Shown here one piece after another: positions 51,156 through 60,946 of a stretch of 64,000 nt of DNA. The translations under genes and the position numbers were made by a program. The notes below the pieces were generated by a model. It saw only the letters and a list, made by a program, of their open reading frames with translations, searched no databases and had not been told where the DNA came from. The DNA lies in the NCBI GenBank assembly GCA_963798485.1, contig CAWCTR010000030.1, positions 96,001 through 160,000 of the forward strand, in the 5' to 3' direction. Source of the stretch: an uncultured delta proteobacterium (GTDB lineage: Bacteria; Desulfobacterota; Desulfomonilia; UBA1062). Position 1 is the first letter of the stretch. Each line of letters begins with the position of its first letter.

Positions 51156-53843
51156 TCATGCCGTCGGGGAGGGCTCTCCCTGGTTTCTCTGCAATCCCGA
51201 CGCAACCACCCGGGCGAGTGAACCGGCGAGGGCATTCAGTGCTTCCTCGTTGGGCAGCGTGATCTTCATGAGGAGTCTCCCATCAGTGCCGCGTTCCATG
51301 CCTTCTGAAAGGCTCGCCTTGAGCATTTTGGCTATCTGATCGTTGTTATCCGATTCGACCCCGACAGGGAACAAGGCCCCGATAAAATCAAATGCTGCTC
51401 CCAGCAGCTGTCCTCCGGCCAGCGAAACCTGTTCCCTGTGTGCATGTGCCATTGCCTCATTACGCACCTTGGCCTGTGCGCTCATATCCAAGGGGGCCTC
51501 CGGCTTCTCACCCAGCAGGATTTCCATGCGTTTCTTCAGCTCTTCTATACCTGACGCCATGGTTATCTCGGAAGCGGTTGCATTCGGATCCAGCACGGTC
51601 AACGAAAGGTCTTTTTTTGCCGATAGCGTTGCAAGCAGTTGTTCTTCAAGGGTGTTTTCCGTAACAAGCAGATATACCTGCACCGGGCGTTTCTGCCCCA
51701 TGCGATGTGCCCGGCCGATGCGTTGATCAAGCACTGCCGGGTTCCATGGCAGGTCCACGTTCACCACCGTATTGGCGGCCTGCAGGTTCAAACCCGTGGA
51801 GCCGGCGTTCGTGGTGATGAAAAAGGTGCATTCCGAGTTATGTTGAAACTCATGAACAAGGCCCTGCCTTTTTTTCTGAGGAACTGAACCGTCCAGGCGC
51901 ACAAAGTTCACCTTGAACTTGTTCAATAGCGGCTCTACCAGGTCCAGCATGCCGGTCCATTCGGAAAACATAATCACCTTGCGCTCGGTTTCTGCTGCGA
52001 ATTCTTCAATCATGCCCTCAAGCTCTGCGAGCTTGCTGGAAAAACCTGGCGGTTGTTTGTCGACCAGGCAGGTGCTGTTGGCTGCAAGGCGGCAGATAAG
52101 GAGCGCCTTCTGGAGGCGCAGCATGTCCATCTCGTTGATGTACTTTTTCGAAATGATGGACTGAATAATCCTCTTCTGGGCAGTGTGGAGCTCAAGCTGT
52201 TCCTCTGTCGGGGCGATGCGGATCACCTCTGTGGTGCGCGGTGGGAGCTGTTTCATGACCTCTTGCCTGGTCCTTCTCAGCAGGACGGGGGCCAGATTTT
52301 TCCGGAGCTCGTCAAGCTTCTTATACCCCAGCACCTTGCCGGTTGCATTCGTAACCCGGTGACGGTTGAGGAACCTGAAGGCAGGTCCCAGGCGACGGTC
52401 ATCGATGAATTCGACTACTGAATAGAGCTCTTCCAGCCGGTTTTCCAGAGGGGTACCGGTAAGTACAAGTGCAAAGGGTGACCTGAGGGCCTTGATGGTC
52501 TGTGAGGTCTTTGCCTCCCAGTTCTTGATACGCTGGCCTTCATCAAGGATGATCAGGTCCCACTGCATGCGCTCTATGACCAGGATATCGCGCAGGACCT
52601 GTTCATAATTGCAGATGGTGAAAAAGCATGCATTGTCATACTGAAGTGCTCGTTCTTCGGCGCTGCCGAGCACTGTCTGGGCGCTGCGGTTACAGAAGCG
52701 GTCGATTTCGATGAGCCACTGGGATTTCAGAGATGCGGGGCAGACCACCAGCACCTTGCTGATGGCAGTGTCCTGGGCCAGCAACTCGGCCGCACCGATG
52801 CCCTGAACGGTCTTACCCAGGCCCATGTCATCAGCCAACACAGCCCTGCCTGCACCTATGGCAAAGGCGATCCCATCAAGCTGGTAAGGGAGCAGCTCGG
52901 TCTTGAGCAGGGTTGTTCTTAAGGGATGATTCGCAGGGTCTTTCCGGATTTCCGCAGACCTTGTCTTGTACCCGTTTAAGATAAAGCTCCCGGTTGATAT
53001 ATGCCTCGGCATCCGGGTAGATGATTAACCTTTTGACCGAGCGTCTCGACCTGTGAGATCCGGTTCAAGAGATCCCGCACATCGATGATATCCGTATCTC
53101 GCAAGGGATCAAGAATAGCGGATATGTCAGGATCGAGACCCTCCGGGAGGAGGAGCCTCAGATGAAGATCATTGCCGTACTTCACATATACGGCGATATC
53201 CGTAATACAAAACGCAGTCTTGAGCACGGACTTTTTGAACTTTTTCTTTACGGTAGAGATGGCAAAAAGAATGTGCTTACAGGTACCCAGCGTATTCTTT
53301 CTGAAATCCGGGCATGAACAGAAGGATTCTCCCCGTTCCCATCCCCGCAATGCCACGCGGTAACTTTTGCCGGATGAGGCATTGGTGATGATGTAATCGG
53401 TCCACAGCTCGCCGGGGTTGACAGACTCCAGGCGCATCTTTTCGGTAATCTGATCGCTCCTGCCTCTCGATGATGGCGCGTTCAATGAGTTCAGCGTCGG
53501 AGAGCTCTTCAATGGGCACTTTCTCAGGCGGCGGGGCTGCAAGCCCCAGGGCAAGTTTTTCTTCCAGGATCAGAGACAATGCTGCTCCTTGGTGCTGGCA
53601 GGGCACTGTGCATGAACTGCAACTGAGTGTGAGCTTGTTGTTGCTGGAGAGATCGATCGATATGGCTGCCATGGCATCCGGAAGGTGAAGATGAAAATGA
53701 TTATTAGTGAGAGATACCTGTTCATCAATGCTAATCTCGAACCGTCCTCCATGCCGGATGAGCTGTTCACCTTTGGGGCCCAGCATCTTGCAGGCCTGTG
53801 CATAGGTGAGGTGCGACAGGATATCCTTCAATGCAACCATCAT
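51156..53843 (-). CDS. SWIM zinc finger + SNF2-family helicase, split by about three frameshifts (near 53450 and 52960-53030)
   Basis: SWIM-like CSSC...CQH and CSCPDF....LGTCKH; SNF2 motifs LADDMGLGKT, ILDEGQRIKN, LTGTPLEN, GLNLQAAN, WNPAVLDQRIGRAHRMGQ. Confidence 0.85.
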
Positions 53844-53996
53844 ATCCTCCTCATATTCAATGCCCTGAAATTTCAGACACCATAGACATTCCCCCTTGCC
53901 CTGTCAATTGCAGCCAGAATAAGACCATTGAAGAGCGTTTACGGATGCGGCTTTTAGGTTTTACAGCCGAGCATCGAAAACTCTGATCAATCACCC

Positions 53997-54072
53997 TGTA
54001 GGAGCGGCTTCAGCCGCGATATTTTTCCCCAATCATGATCGCGTGATGATCGCGCCTGAAGGTGCTCCTACA
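53997..54072. repeat. GTAG-family REP doublet, copy 4
   Basis: TGTAGGAGCGGCTTCAGCCGCGAT...ATCGCGCCTGAAGGTGCTCCTACA with a longer spacer containing a duplicated ATGATCGCG. Confidence 0.85.
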
Positions 54073-54490
54073 GAATATCATTAAGGTTAATGGTTATTTG
54101 ATTAGCGCCGGGAAGAAGCTGAAAGCTTTTGTTGAACCTATCACGGAAATCAAAAAAGAGCAGGAATGATACTACTGGCATTAGAGAAAGGCTGACTATA
54201 ATTACTCGTGGAGATAATAGCCACTTCATGATAAAGCTCTACTTTATGATATGATCCCGATGCAAGTACAACTTCCTATGCTTATATTTTGTGATAAATT
54301 ATGAGGTTAAGGGCCTTTGTACCAATTTATTCATCAAGTTTGCATTGAATTGTGACGAAAATCCAATATATATTTTCGTGCATAGTTTTATATGCCTCTA
54401 TGAGGCACATTCAATGAATTGGCATTCGACACCACACCCGCAAGGGCGGAGCTTTATCCTTAAAATCATGTAAGCTTGTCCTTTGAAACA

Positions 54491-55537
54491 ATGGTCACGG
54501 TAAAAATAGCTGAATCTCATAATAAGAGGAGATGGGATGATTACGTAATTTCCCAAGCTGATGCAGGGCCATACCATCTCTTTGCATGGAAAGAAGCGGT
54601 TGAGTCCGCTTATGAGCACCGGGCGATTTATCTTATTGCTGAGGATAACAAAGGAATTGTTCAGGGTGTGCTCCCTCTTTTCCTGGTGAAGCCACCTTTA
54701 CTGAAAGGTACGCTGGTTTCCCTGCCTTTCTGTGATTACGGTGGTGTACTCACCTATAATGAAGAAATGAAAGATGTTCTTCTCCAAACCGCATTGGAAT
54801 TATCTAGAAAGCACAAGGCACAACTGGAAATACGTCTGAAAACACCTGAAGCCATGGTCCGGAGCTTGTCATGCCTAAATGTCACATCTCATAAGGTGAG
54901 GATGGTGCTCGATCTCCCTGAGAATTCCGAGAACCTTTGGGACACCTTTAAGTCAAAGCTGAGGAGCCAGATAAAGAGGCCCCAGAAAGATGGCCTCCAG
55001 TTCACTATTGGCAACAGCGAACTAGTGGATGATTTTTATCGCGTCTTTGCGGTCAACATGCGCGATATCGGCTCGCCGGTTCACTCCAAAAAATGGATTG
55101 ATGCCGTTGTCCGATTCTTCGGCGAAAGGGCCCATGTGGGCATTGTCTATGCAGGGGCCAAACCTGTAGCCGGCGGGATTATTCTTGGGGTAAACGATAT
55201 CGTGGCCATACCTTGGGCATCAGCCCTGAATGATTATAGCCGGTCAAGCCCCAACATGCTCCTGTACTGGGGATTGCTGGCATATGCATGCGACCATGGA
55301 TTCAAACGGTTCGACTTCGGCAGATCCACGCCCGGGGAGGGGACATACCGTTTCAAGGAACAATGGGGGGCAGCACCCTTCACATTGTACTGGTATAAAC
55401 AAGGGATCTCCGACCACCGGGAAAACAATGATGCAACCGGTATACTCCGCCCTTTGGTGGAAAAGGCCTGGGCGCGCTTGCCCCAGAGGTATACTGATAT
55501 CATTGGCCCCATGGTGCGGAGATACATATCGCTGTAA
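54491..55537 (+). CDS. FemAB-like protein, exosortase/PEP-CTERM system polysaccharide-associated
   Basis: LVSLPFCDYGG, FY.VF..NMRDIG.PV, PNMLLYW, FDFGRST..GTY.FK.QWG. Confidence 0.88.
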   Translation: MVTVKIAESHNKRRWDDYVISQADAGPYHLFAWKEAVESAYEHRAIYLIAEDNKGIVQGVLPLFLVKPPLLKGTLVSLPFCDYGGVLTYNEEMKDVLLQTALELSRKHKAQLEIRLKTPEAMVRSLSCLNVTSHKVRMVLDLPENSENLWDTFKSKLRSQIKRPQKDGLQFTIGNSELVDDFYRVFAVNMRDIGSPVHSKKWIDAVVRFFGERAHVGIVYAGAKPVAGGIILGVNDIVAIPWASALNDYSRSSPNMLLYWGLLAYACDHGFKRFDFGRSTPGEGTYRFKEQWGAAPFTLYWYKQGISDHRENNDATGILRPLVEKAWARLPQRYTDIIGPMVRRYISL

Positions 55538-55552
55538 TCGAAGGCAGGGTAC

Positions 55553-56722
55553 TTGATGCATGCGGTAAAGAAAATGAAAGGGTTAGCAAACTGGTATCCC
55601 CCTGCCGAAACAAACATCCCGTGGACTGCATTGGTCCGTTCATTCTTTCCCGGACAGGCCGACCTTGAAACCGACCTCCAGAAATATCTGCATGTGGAGG
55701 CCTGTATCCTTGGAAGAAGTGCGAGGGCTCTCTTGAGCAGGCTGCTCACGGAGTTGCAAAAAACCAAGGATGGATCATCGCGCAGCCAGGTGCTCATACC
55801 CGGATATACCTGCTACTCCGTTGCCGCTTCCGTGGCTAGGGCTGGATTGAAGATCGCGTGTTATGACCTGGATCCGTTCACACTCGAACCGGTCATGGAT
55901 TCCATTCGAGCCATGACCGGAGAGGACACATTGGCTGTTGTCGGACAACACCTTTTCGGTATCCCCGTAGACCTGGATGACCTTGCGAGTCATGCCCGGC
56001 AGAACGGTTCTTACTTCATTGAGAACGCAGCCCAGGCCTTCGGTGGCACAAGGCTGGGAAGACAGCTCGGCACCCAGGGGGATTTCGGTCTCTTCAGCTT
56101 CGGCCGTGGCAAGTCACTTCCCCTTGGCTCAGGTGGAGCCCTCATCGGTGATCAGGGTGTGTTAAAGAATCTCGACATGGCAAAGGCAGGTCCGGGATAC
56201 CTGGACCTGTTTATGGCCGTCGCGAACCGGTGTCTGGCCGACCGGAGGGTATATGGCGTCTTGGAGGCTTTGCCCCTCGGCCTTGGAGAAACCATTTTTG
56301 ATCCCGGGTTTCCTATACAAGCCATGCCCGATGCCCTGAAAAGGCTTGGAAGATCTTCACTTCAATTCTTGCCGCAAATGAATGAGCACAGAAAAACAAT
56401 CGCCAGGATCTATCATGAAATCTTGGGAGAAAGGGCCATGGTCACTCTTCGGCCTGAGTACAGTGCGGTATATACTAGATTCCCTATCCGAGCAGGGGCG
56501 CAGCTGATTCCAGAAAAACTCATCAGGCTCGGGGTAAGGCGGATGTATCCCAAGGCAATACTGGATGAGCCTTCCATACGACCCTATTGTTCCACGAACA
56601 ACATCACAACTCCTCGATCATCGATCATTGCGGAAACCCTCTTAACCCTCCCCACCCATAGGGATATCACACTCCAAATTGCCGCAGAGATCGCAGAAGG
56701 CATTCAAGAGATCTGTTGGTGA
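55553..56722 (+). CDS. DegT/DnrJ/EryC1/StrS-family aminotransferase-like protein
   Basis: VLIPGYTC, HLFGIP.D, IENAAQAFG, FSFGRGKSL, LLTLPTH. Confidence 0.82.
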   Translation: MMHAVKKMKGLANWYPPAETNIPWTALVRSFFPGQADLETDLQKYLHVEACILGRSARALLSRLLTELQKTKDGSSRSQVLIPGYTCYSVAASVARAGLKIACYDLDPFTLEPVMDSIRAMTGEDTLAVVGQHLFGIPVDLDDLASHARQNGSYFIENAAQAFGGTRLGRQLGTQGDFGLFSFGRGKSLPLGSGGALIGDQGVLKNLDMAKAGPGYLDLFMAVANRCLADRRVYGVLEALPLGLGETIFDPGFPIQAMPDALKRLGRSSLQFLPQMNEHRKTIARIYHEILGERAMVTLRPEYSAVYTRFPIRAGAQLIPEKLIRLGVRRMYPKAILDEPSIRPYCSTNNITTPRSSIIAETLLTLPTHRDITLQIAAEIAEGIQEICW

Positions 56723-56824
56723 ATTTGGGCTAGCTGCAATCTGATCTTACAACCGTCAGAAAGGATAAACTCTGTCTGATCGGATTGGAGCTACTACCTA
56801 TTAATTTTTGTTATTTCTACTACC

Positions 56825-57667
56825 ATGGAAAACATTCTAAAAAATAAAAAAGACTTCATACTCTGGGGGTTGCTTACTCTAAGCTTCATCGTCTGTTACT
56901 TTTTCACATTTCAGTGGTTGAACTTTAAGTATCAGGCACAGGATTCATACTATTCACATGGCTACCTGATCCCCTTTGTGAGTGCCTACCTCATTTATCT
57001 GAGGCGTAAAGAAATCGGCCAGGTTTCTCTTGAGAGCACACCTATTGGCCTTGGTGTCATCATTTTTGCTCTGTCAATTCATCTATTAGGAGTTCTGGGA
57101 GACATCAATTTCATATCAGGATTTTCCATAGTATTCTACTTGTTAGGATGCTCTCTCTATCTGCTCGGTACACGAATAACGTGGATCATTGCCTTTCCAC
57201 TCTTTTTCCTCATCTTCATGTGCCCGATTCCCGAATCATATATCAACCTCGTTGCTCTCCCTTCCAAATCAATGGCAACCAGCCTGGCTTTGTACTTCAT
57301 GGATCTAGTCAAGATTCCTTATGTGAGGGAAGGGTTCATCATTCATCTTGCCCGCTCTACATTCATAGTAGGGACCCCATGCAACGGGATGAGGTCCTTT
57401 ATCTCCTTCGCGGCCCTTGGGTTATTGATGCTCTATCTGGTTAGGACGTCCTGGAGGAAGAGGCTCCTCTTTCTCGCCATTATTCCCCCTCTCGCCTTGT
57501 TGTTGAACGGAGTACGGATTGCTCTGTTGCTCTGGATTGCCTATACCTATGGGAGCAAGGCGGCTTCCCCGGAGAGCTATCTCCATGACGGATCGGGTGT
57601 TCTTGTTTTTGTAATGGGATTTGTCATATTGCTGTTCTTTTATAAAAAACTCTATGAAAAAAGATAA
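56825..57667 (+). CDS. Exosortase (EpsH family)
   Basis: YSHGYLIP; candidate catalytic triad PCNG (Cys), NGVRI (Arg), LHD (His); multi-TM. Confidence 0.9.
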   Translation: MENILKNKKDFILWGLLTLSFIVCYFFTFQWLNFKYQAQDSYYSHGYLIPFVSAYLIYLRRKEIGQVSLESTPIGLGVIIFALSIHLLGVLGDINFISGFSIVFYLLGCSLYLLGTRITWIIAFPLFFLIFMCPIPESYINLVALPSKSMATSLALYFMDLVKIPYVREGFIIHLARSTFIVGTPCNGMRSFISFAALGLLMLYLVRTSWRKRLLFLAIIPPLALLLNGVRIALLLWIAYTYGSKAASPESYLHDGSGVLVFVMGFVILLFFYKKLYEKR

Positions 57668-58307
57668 TCTCAGACTTGTGATCATCATACTATTGACCGG
57701 AGTATGTTCACTCTTGATTTTCAAGACAACATTTATCCATGAGATTGATAACAAGAACCTGAATAATTTCCCCTACACGATTAATGATTGGGGGGGGGAG
57801 AATATACCTATGGGTGAGTATGTATATCGAAGCCTGGGGACGCCGTATGCATTTATGCGTAATTACAACTCGAAGAATTTCGAAATACCAGTGAATTTAT
57901 CCATAGTTTGGTGCGATGACAGAAGAATCGTATTCCATACCCCTGAAGAATGCCTGGGTGGTGTCGGTGAACTTGTCAAGGAAAAGCGGTATGTAACGGT
58001 CATGCTTCGAAATAATACAAGAGTTGCTCAGTTGATCATCGAACGGAATAATCAGAGACAGATGGTTTTGTATTTCTACGATACTGATGGATATGTCACT
58101 ACAAGAGAGAGTGAGATTCGTATGAAAATTCTCATGAGAAGGATGAAGCTTAAACGATCGAGTGTGGCATTCGTACGCCTGATGGCACCAATTATAAACA
58201 ATGACGAAGAGACAATGAGTGTCCTAAAGAATTTTCTCTACCTCGTTTACCCTGCAATCCAGGATTATACGTACATAGAAAGGATAAACAAGCAGTTTTC
58301 ACAATAA
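57654..58307 (+). CDS. EpsI-family exosortase-associated protein
   Basis: FPYTINDW.G, RNY, FHTPEECLGGVG, VAFVRL; directly follows the exosortase. Confidence 0.8.
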   Translation: MKKDNLRLVIIILLTGVCSLLIFKTTFIHEIDNKNLNNFPYTINDWGGENIPMGEYVYRSLGTPYAFMRNYNSKNFEIPVNLSIVWCDDRRIVFHTPEECLGGVGELVKEKRYVTVMLRNNTRVAQLIIERNNQRQMVLYFYDTDGYVTTRESEIRMKILMRRMKLKRSSVAFVRLMAPIINNDEETMSVLKNFLYLVYPAIQDYTYIERINKQFSQ

Positions 58308-58323
58308 ACAATGAGGTTTTTCC

Positions 58324-58878
58324 ATGATCTTAAGAATAATAAATTCCTTGTACCAGGCCTTGTTGATGGAAAAAAGAAAAGTATATATTCAGAAGCTCGT
58401 TAATAACGGCCTCAGGCTTGGGAAAAATGTAAATATTGTCAATATGTTTTTCTTTGACCCTTCCCACTGTTTCCTCATCTCTATCGGTGATAACTGCACA
58501 ATCTGCCCTAATGTACGCCTTATTGCACATGATGCGAGCACAAAGCTATATCTGGGATATACCAAAATTGGTAAGATTGATGTCCGTGAGAATTGTTTTC
58601 TTGGTGATTCTGTAATCGTACTTCCGAATGTTATCATTGGACCATATTCTGTCGTTGGTGCAGGTTCTGTTGTGACGAAGGATATACCGCCTCATACCGT
58701 TGCAGCAGGTAACCCTGCAAGAGTGATATGCACCCTGGATGAGTATCTTATGAAGATTAGAACGCTGAGTGCTTCAAAAAATATTTTCAATGAAAATTAC
58801 CTCAATAATCAGCTGGAGGAGCATAAGAAGAAGGAGATCATAGATTCAATAGATAATTCAATAGGCTTCATTATTTAA
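58324..58878 (+). CDS. Hexapeptide-repeat (LbH) O-acyltransferase
   Basis: ISIGDNCTI, HD, VVGAGSVVTKDIP...AAGNPARVI. Confidence 0.88.
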   Translation: MILRIINSLYQALLMEKRKVYIQKLVNNGLRLGKNVNIVNMFFFDPSHCFLISIGDNCTICPNVRLIAHDASTKLYLGYTKIGKIDVRENCFLGDSVIVLPNVIIGPYSVVGAGSVVTKDIPPHTVAAGNPARVICTLDEYLMKIRTLSASKNIFNENYLNNQLEEHKKKEIIDSIDNSIGFII

Positions 58879-58884
58879 TTCCAT

Positions 58885-59046
58885 ATGGATGATCAACACA
58901 ATAGAAATTCATCCTTTGAAACTGGTTGGTATCCACCTGCCGAGGTGAAAATCCCGGTTAATGCATTGTTTTTAACCTTAATCTCGATGGATCTAGCCAA
59001 GACTATAGCACTTCAACTTAAAAGGGAGTTTGACCTGCTTTCATGA
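58885..59046 (+). pseudogene. Internally deleted remnant of a DegT-like paralog (53-aa ORF)
   Basis: WYPPAEVKIPVNAL matches the N-terminus (WYPPAETNIPWTAL) and ISMDLAKTIA loosely matches the C-terminus (ITLQIAAEIA) of 55553-56722. Confidence 0.6.
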
Positions 59047-59081
59047 TTGAACGAATTTATGCTTACTTTCTATAAAGGAAT

Positions 59082-60221
59082 ATGATGATTTTCATAAATA
59101 GCATGTTCTGGTCATCCTTGGGCTTTATTGTCTATGCCTATCTTGGATATCCTCTAGTACTAAAGATACTCTCTTATTTTATTTCTGTCCCGGTCAAGAA
59201 GGCAGCGTTTAACCCTTTGGTAACCCTTATTATCTCGGTTTATAATGAAGAAAATGTGATTGCTGAAAAGATAGAGAATTCGCTCACTTTAGATTATCCG
59301 AAGGATCGTCTGGAAATCATGGTCGTTTCAGATTCATCAACAGATAGGACAGACGAGATTGCCAAGGAATATGAATGTCAGGGAGTAAAGACCTTGCGAA
59401 TTGAGGGCAGGTTAGGAAAGACCTCTTGCCTGAATAAAGCTGTTCCAGAGGCAAAAGGGGAGATTATTGTATTCTCGGATGCCAACTCTGTTTACGATAA
59501 AAGTGCCATAGAAGAGATTGTAGCAAATTTTGCCGACAGAAGCGTGGGTTGCGTGACAGGGTATACTAAATACTTCTCCAAAAGTATAATGGTTGAGTCC
59601 GTGGGTTTGTACGCCTACCTTGAGAAGAAAACAAAGGAATTAGAGAGTATGTTAGGATCCTGTGTCGGTGCGGACGGTGCTATTTTTGCTATTCGGAAAG
59701 AACTTTATCAGCCCTTGAAAATAACAGATATCAACGATTTTGTTATCCCTTTGCAGATTGTTGCCCTGGAATATCGGACAGTACTGGAAAGGGACGCCTA
59801 CTGTTATGAAGAAACCGCAAAAGACTCTCAAGGTGAGTTTATTAGACAGGTAAGGATTACCAACCGCACCTTGCGAGCCTTATTCAATAATAAGAATTTA
59901 TTCAATGTTTTTCGCTATAAGCTATTCTCCTTTTACTTGATTTCGCACAAACTCCTCAAATTTATGGTACCCTTATTTATGGCGGTTATTCTTTTGAGTA
60001 ATCTGATATTGGCAGGGAGAAGCTCGCTGTTTAAAGTATTCCTTGTCCTTCAGGCGATTTTATACGGCTCAGCCATGCTGAAAATAAAGGAAGAGGCTGG
60101 CCTGCTTGTAAAACTGATATCTGCCTGCCGGACGTTTAACGTAGTAAATGCCGCCATCCTTAAGGGGTGGCTAACCTATTTCAAGGGAGAGGATTTCACA
60201 ACCTGGAAAACAAGTCGATAG
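59082..60221 (+). CDS. Glycosyltransferase family 2 (membrane-anchored)
   Basis: YLGYP, IISVYNEE, SDSSTD.T, FSDAN, GADGAIFAIR, INDF, SHKLL. Confidence 0.9.
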   Translation: MMIFINSMFWSSLGFIVYAYLGYPLVLKILSYFISVPVKKAAFNPLVTLIISVYNEENVIAEKIENSLTLDYPKDRLEIMVVSDSSTDRTDEIAKEYECQGVKTLRIEGRLGKTSCLNKAVPEAKGEIIVFSDANSVYDKSAIEEIVANFADRSVGCVTGYTKYFSKSIMVESVGLYAYLEKKTKELESMLGSCVGADGAIFAIRKELYQPLKITDINDFVIPLQIVALEYRTVLERDAYCYEETAKDSQGEFIRQVRITNRTLRALFNNKNLFNVFRYKLFSFYLISHKLLKFMVPLFMAVILLSNLILAGRSSLFKVFLVLQAILYGSAMLKIKEEAGLLVKLISACRTFNVVNAAILKGWLTYFKGEDFTTWKTSR

Positions 60222-60343
60222 AACCAATTGCAAAACTACCAGAATGTCATTCCCGCGAAGGCGGGAATCCAGTTTTTTCAAGGACTTCTGGACCCCCGCC
60301 TTCGCGGGGGTGACACCTTTTATTAGTTTTGCAATTAGCTCGA
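60219..60343. mobile_element. MITE-like element enclosing a GTCATTCCCGCGAAGGCGGGAATCCA-type REP doublet
   Basis: Outer inverted repeat AATTGCAAAACTA (60226-60238) / TAGTTTTGCAATT (60324-60336); inner inverted pair 60245-60315. Confidence 0.6.
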
Positions 60344-60366
60344 TAGTTTTTAATCTCTCTTAGGGT

Positions 60367-60900
60367 TGAATTCCCCGCAGCTTGCTGCGAGAGGTAGTGA
60401 GTGGTAGAGTAGATGAGTGAGCATATATATTCACAAGAGTCACAATGTATCGGTATTACTCTACCATATAGTATGTCCTGCAAAATATCGAAAGGTAGTA
60501 TTTTCAGAAGAAGTAGAAGAGGCGTTGAAGGAGATCTGTTTGGAGATAGGTAATAGGTACGAGATACATTTTGTTGAGATAGGGACAGACAGAGATCACA
60601 TGCATTTTTTAGTGCAGTCAATACCTACATACAGCCCAACGAAGATAGTAAGAGTAATCAAGAGCATAACGGCGAAGGAGCTATTTCGGAGAATACCATC
60701 TGTGAAGAAGGCATTGTGGGGTGGTGAGTTTTGGACAGATGGATATTATATCAACACGGTCAGTAGGCATGGGAATGAGGATGTTGTACGTCAATATGTA
60801 GAGGGGCAAGGTAAGGAGCAAGAGTATAAGAAGCTTCATAGTGAGCAACTACGACTGTTCTAGGCACCAGATACCCCGTAGCTTGCTGCGGGGTAGTTCA
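60367..60900 (+). mobile_element. IS200-type insertion sequence (tnpA only)
   Basis: Subterminal hairpins CGCAGC-TT-GCTGCG (60376-60389) and TACCCCGTAGCTTGCTGCGGGGTA (60872-60895) flank tnpA; exact ends approximate. Confidence 0.85.
60417..60863 (+). CDS. tnpA: IS200/IS605 Y1 HUH transposase
   Basis: YHIVCPAKYR, DHMH (HUH), KSITA, LWGGEFW..GYY, VRQYV..Q (catalytic Tyr). Confidence 0.95.
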   Translation: MSIYIHKSHNVSVLLYHIVCPAKYRKVVFSEEVEEALKEICLEIGNRYEIHFVEIGTDRDHMHFLVQSIPTYSPTKIVRVIKSITAKELFRRIPSVKKALWGGEFWTDGYYINTVSRHGNEDVVRQYVEGQGKEQEYKKLHSEQLRLF

Positions 60901-60946
60901 TTTACATTACTTGGAAAAATTAAAGTAAGGAAGAGGTATTGAATGT

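Noticed and set aside
53928-53984. Long imperfect hairpin upstream of the SNF2 gene as a riboswitch or ncRNA
   Set aside because: No recognisable Rfam motif by eye; a covariance search would be needed.
32009-54072. Repeats as a CRISPR array
   Set aside because: Copies are kilobases apart, arranged as inverted doublets, with no regular spacers and no cas genes.
60247-60621. 124-aa minus-strand ORF ending CHPREGGGP...GFPPSRE
   Set aside because: Translation of the palindromic repeat plus the antisense strand of tnpA.
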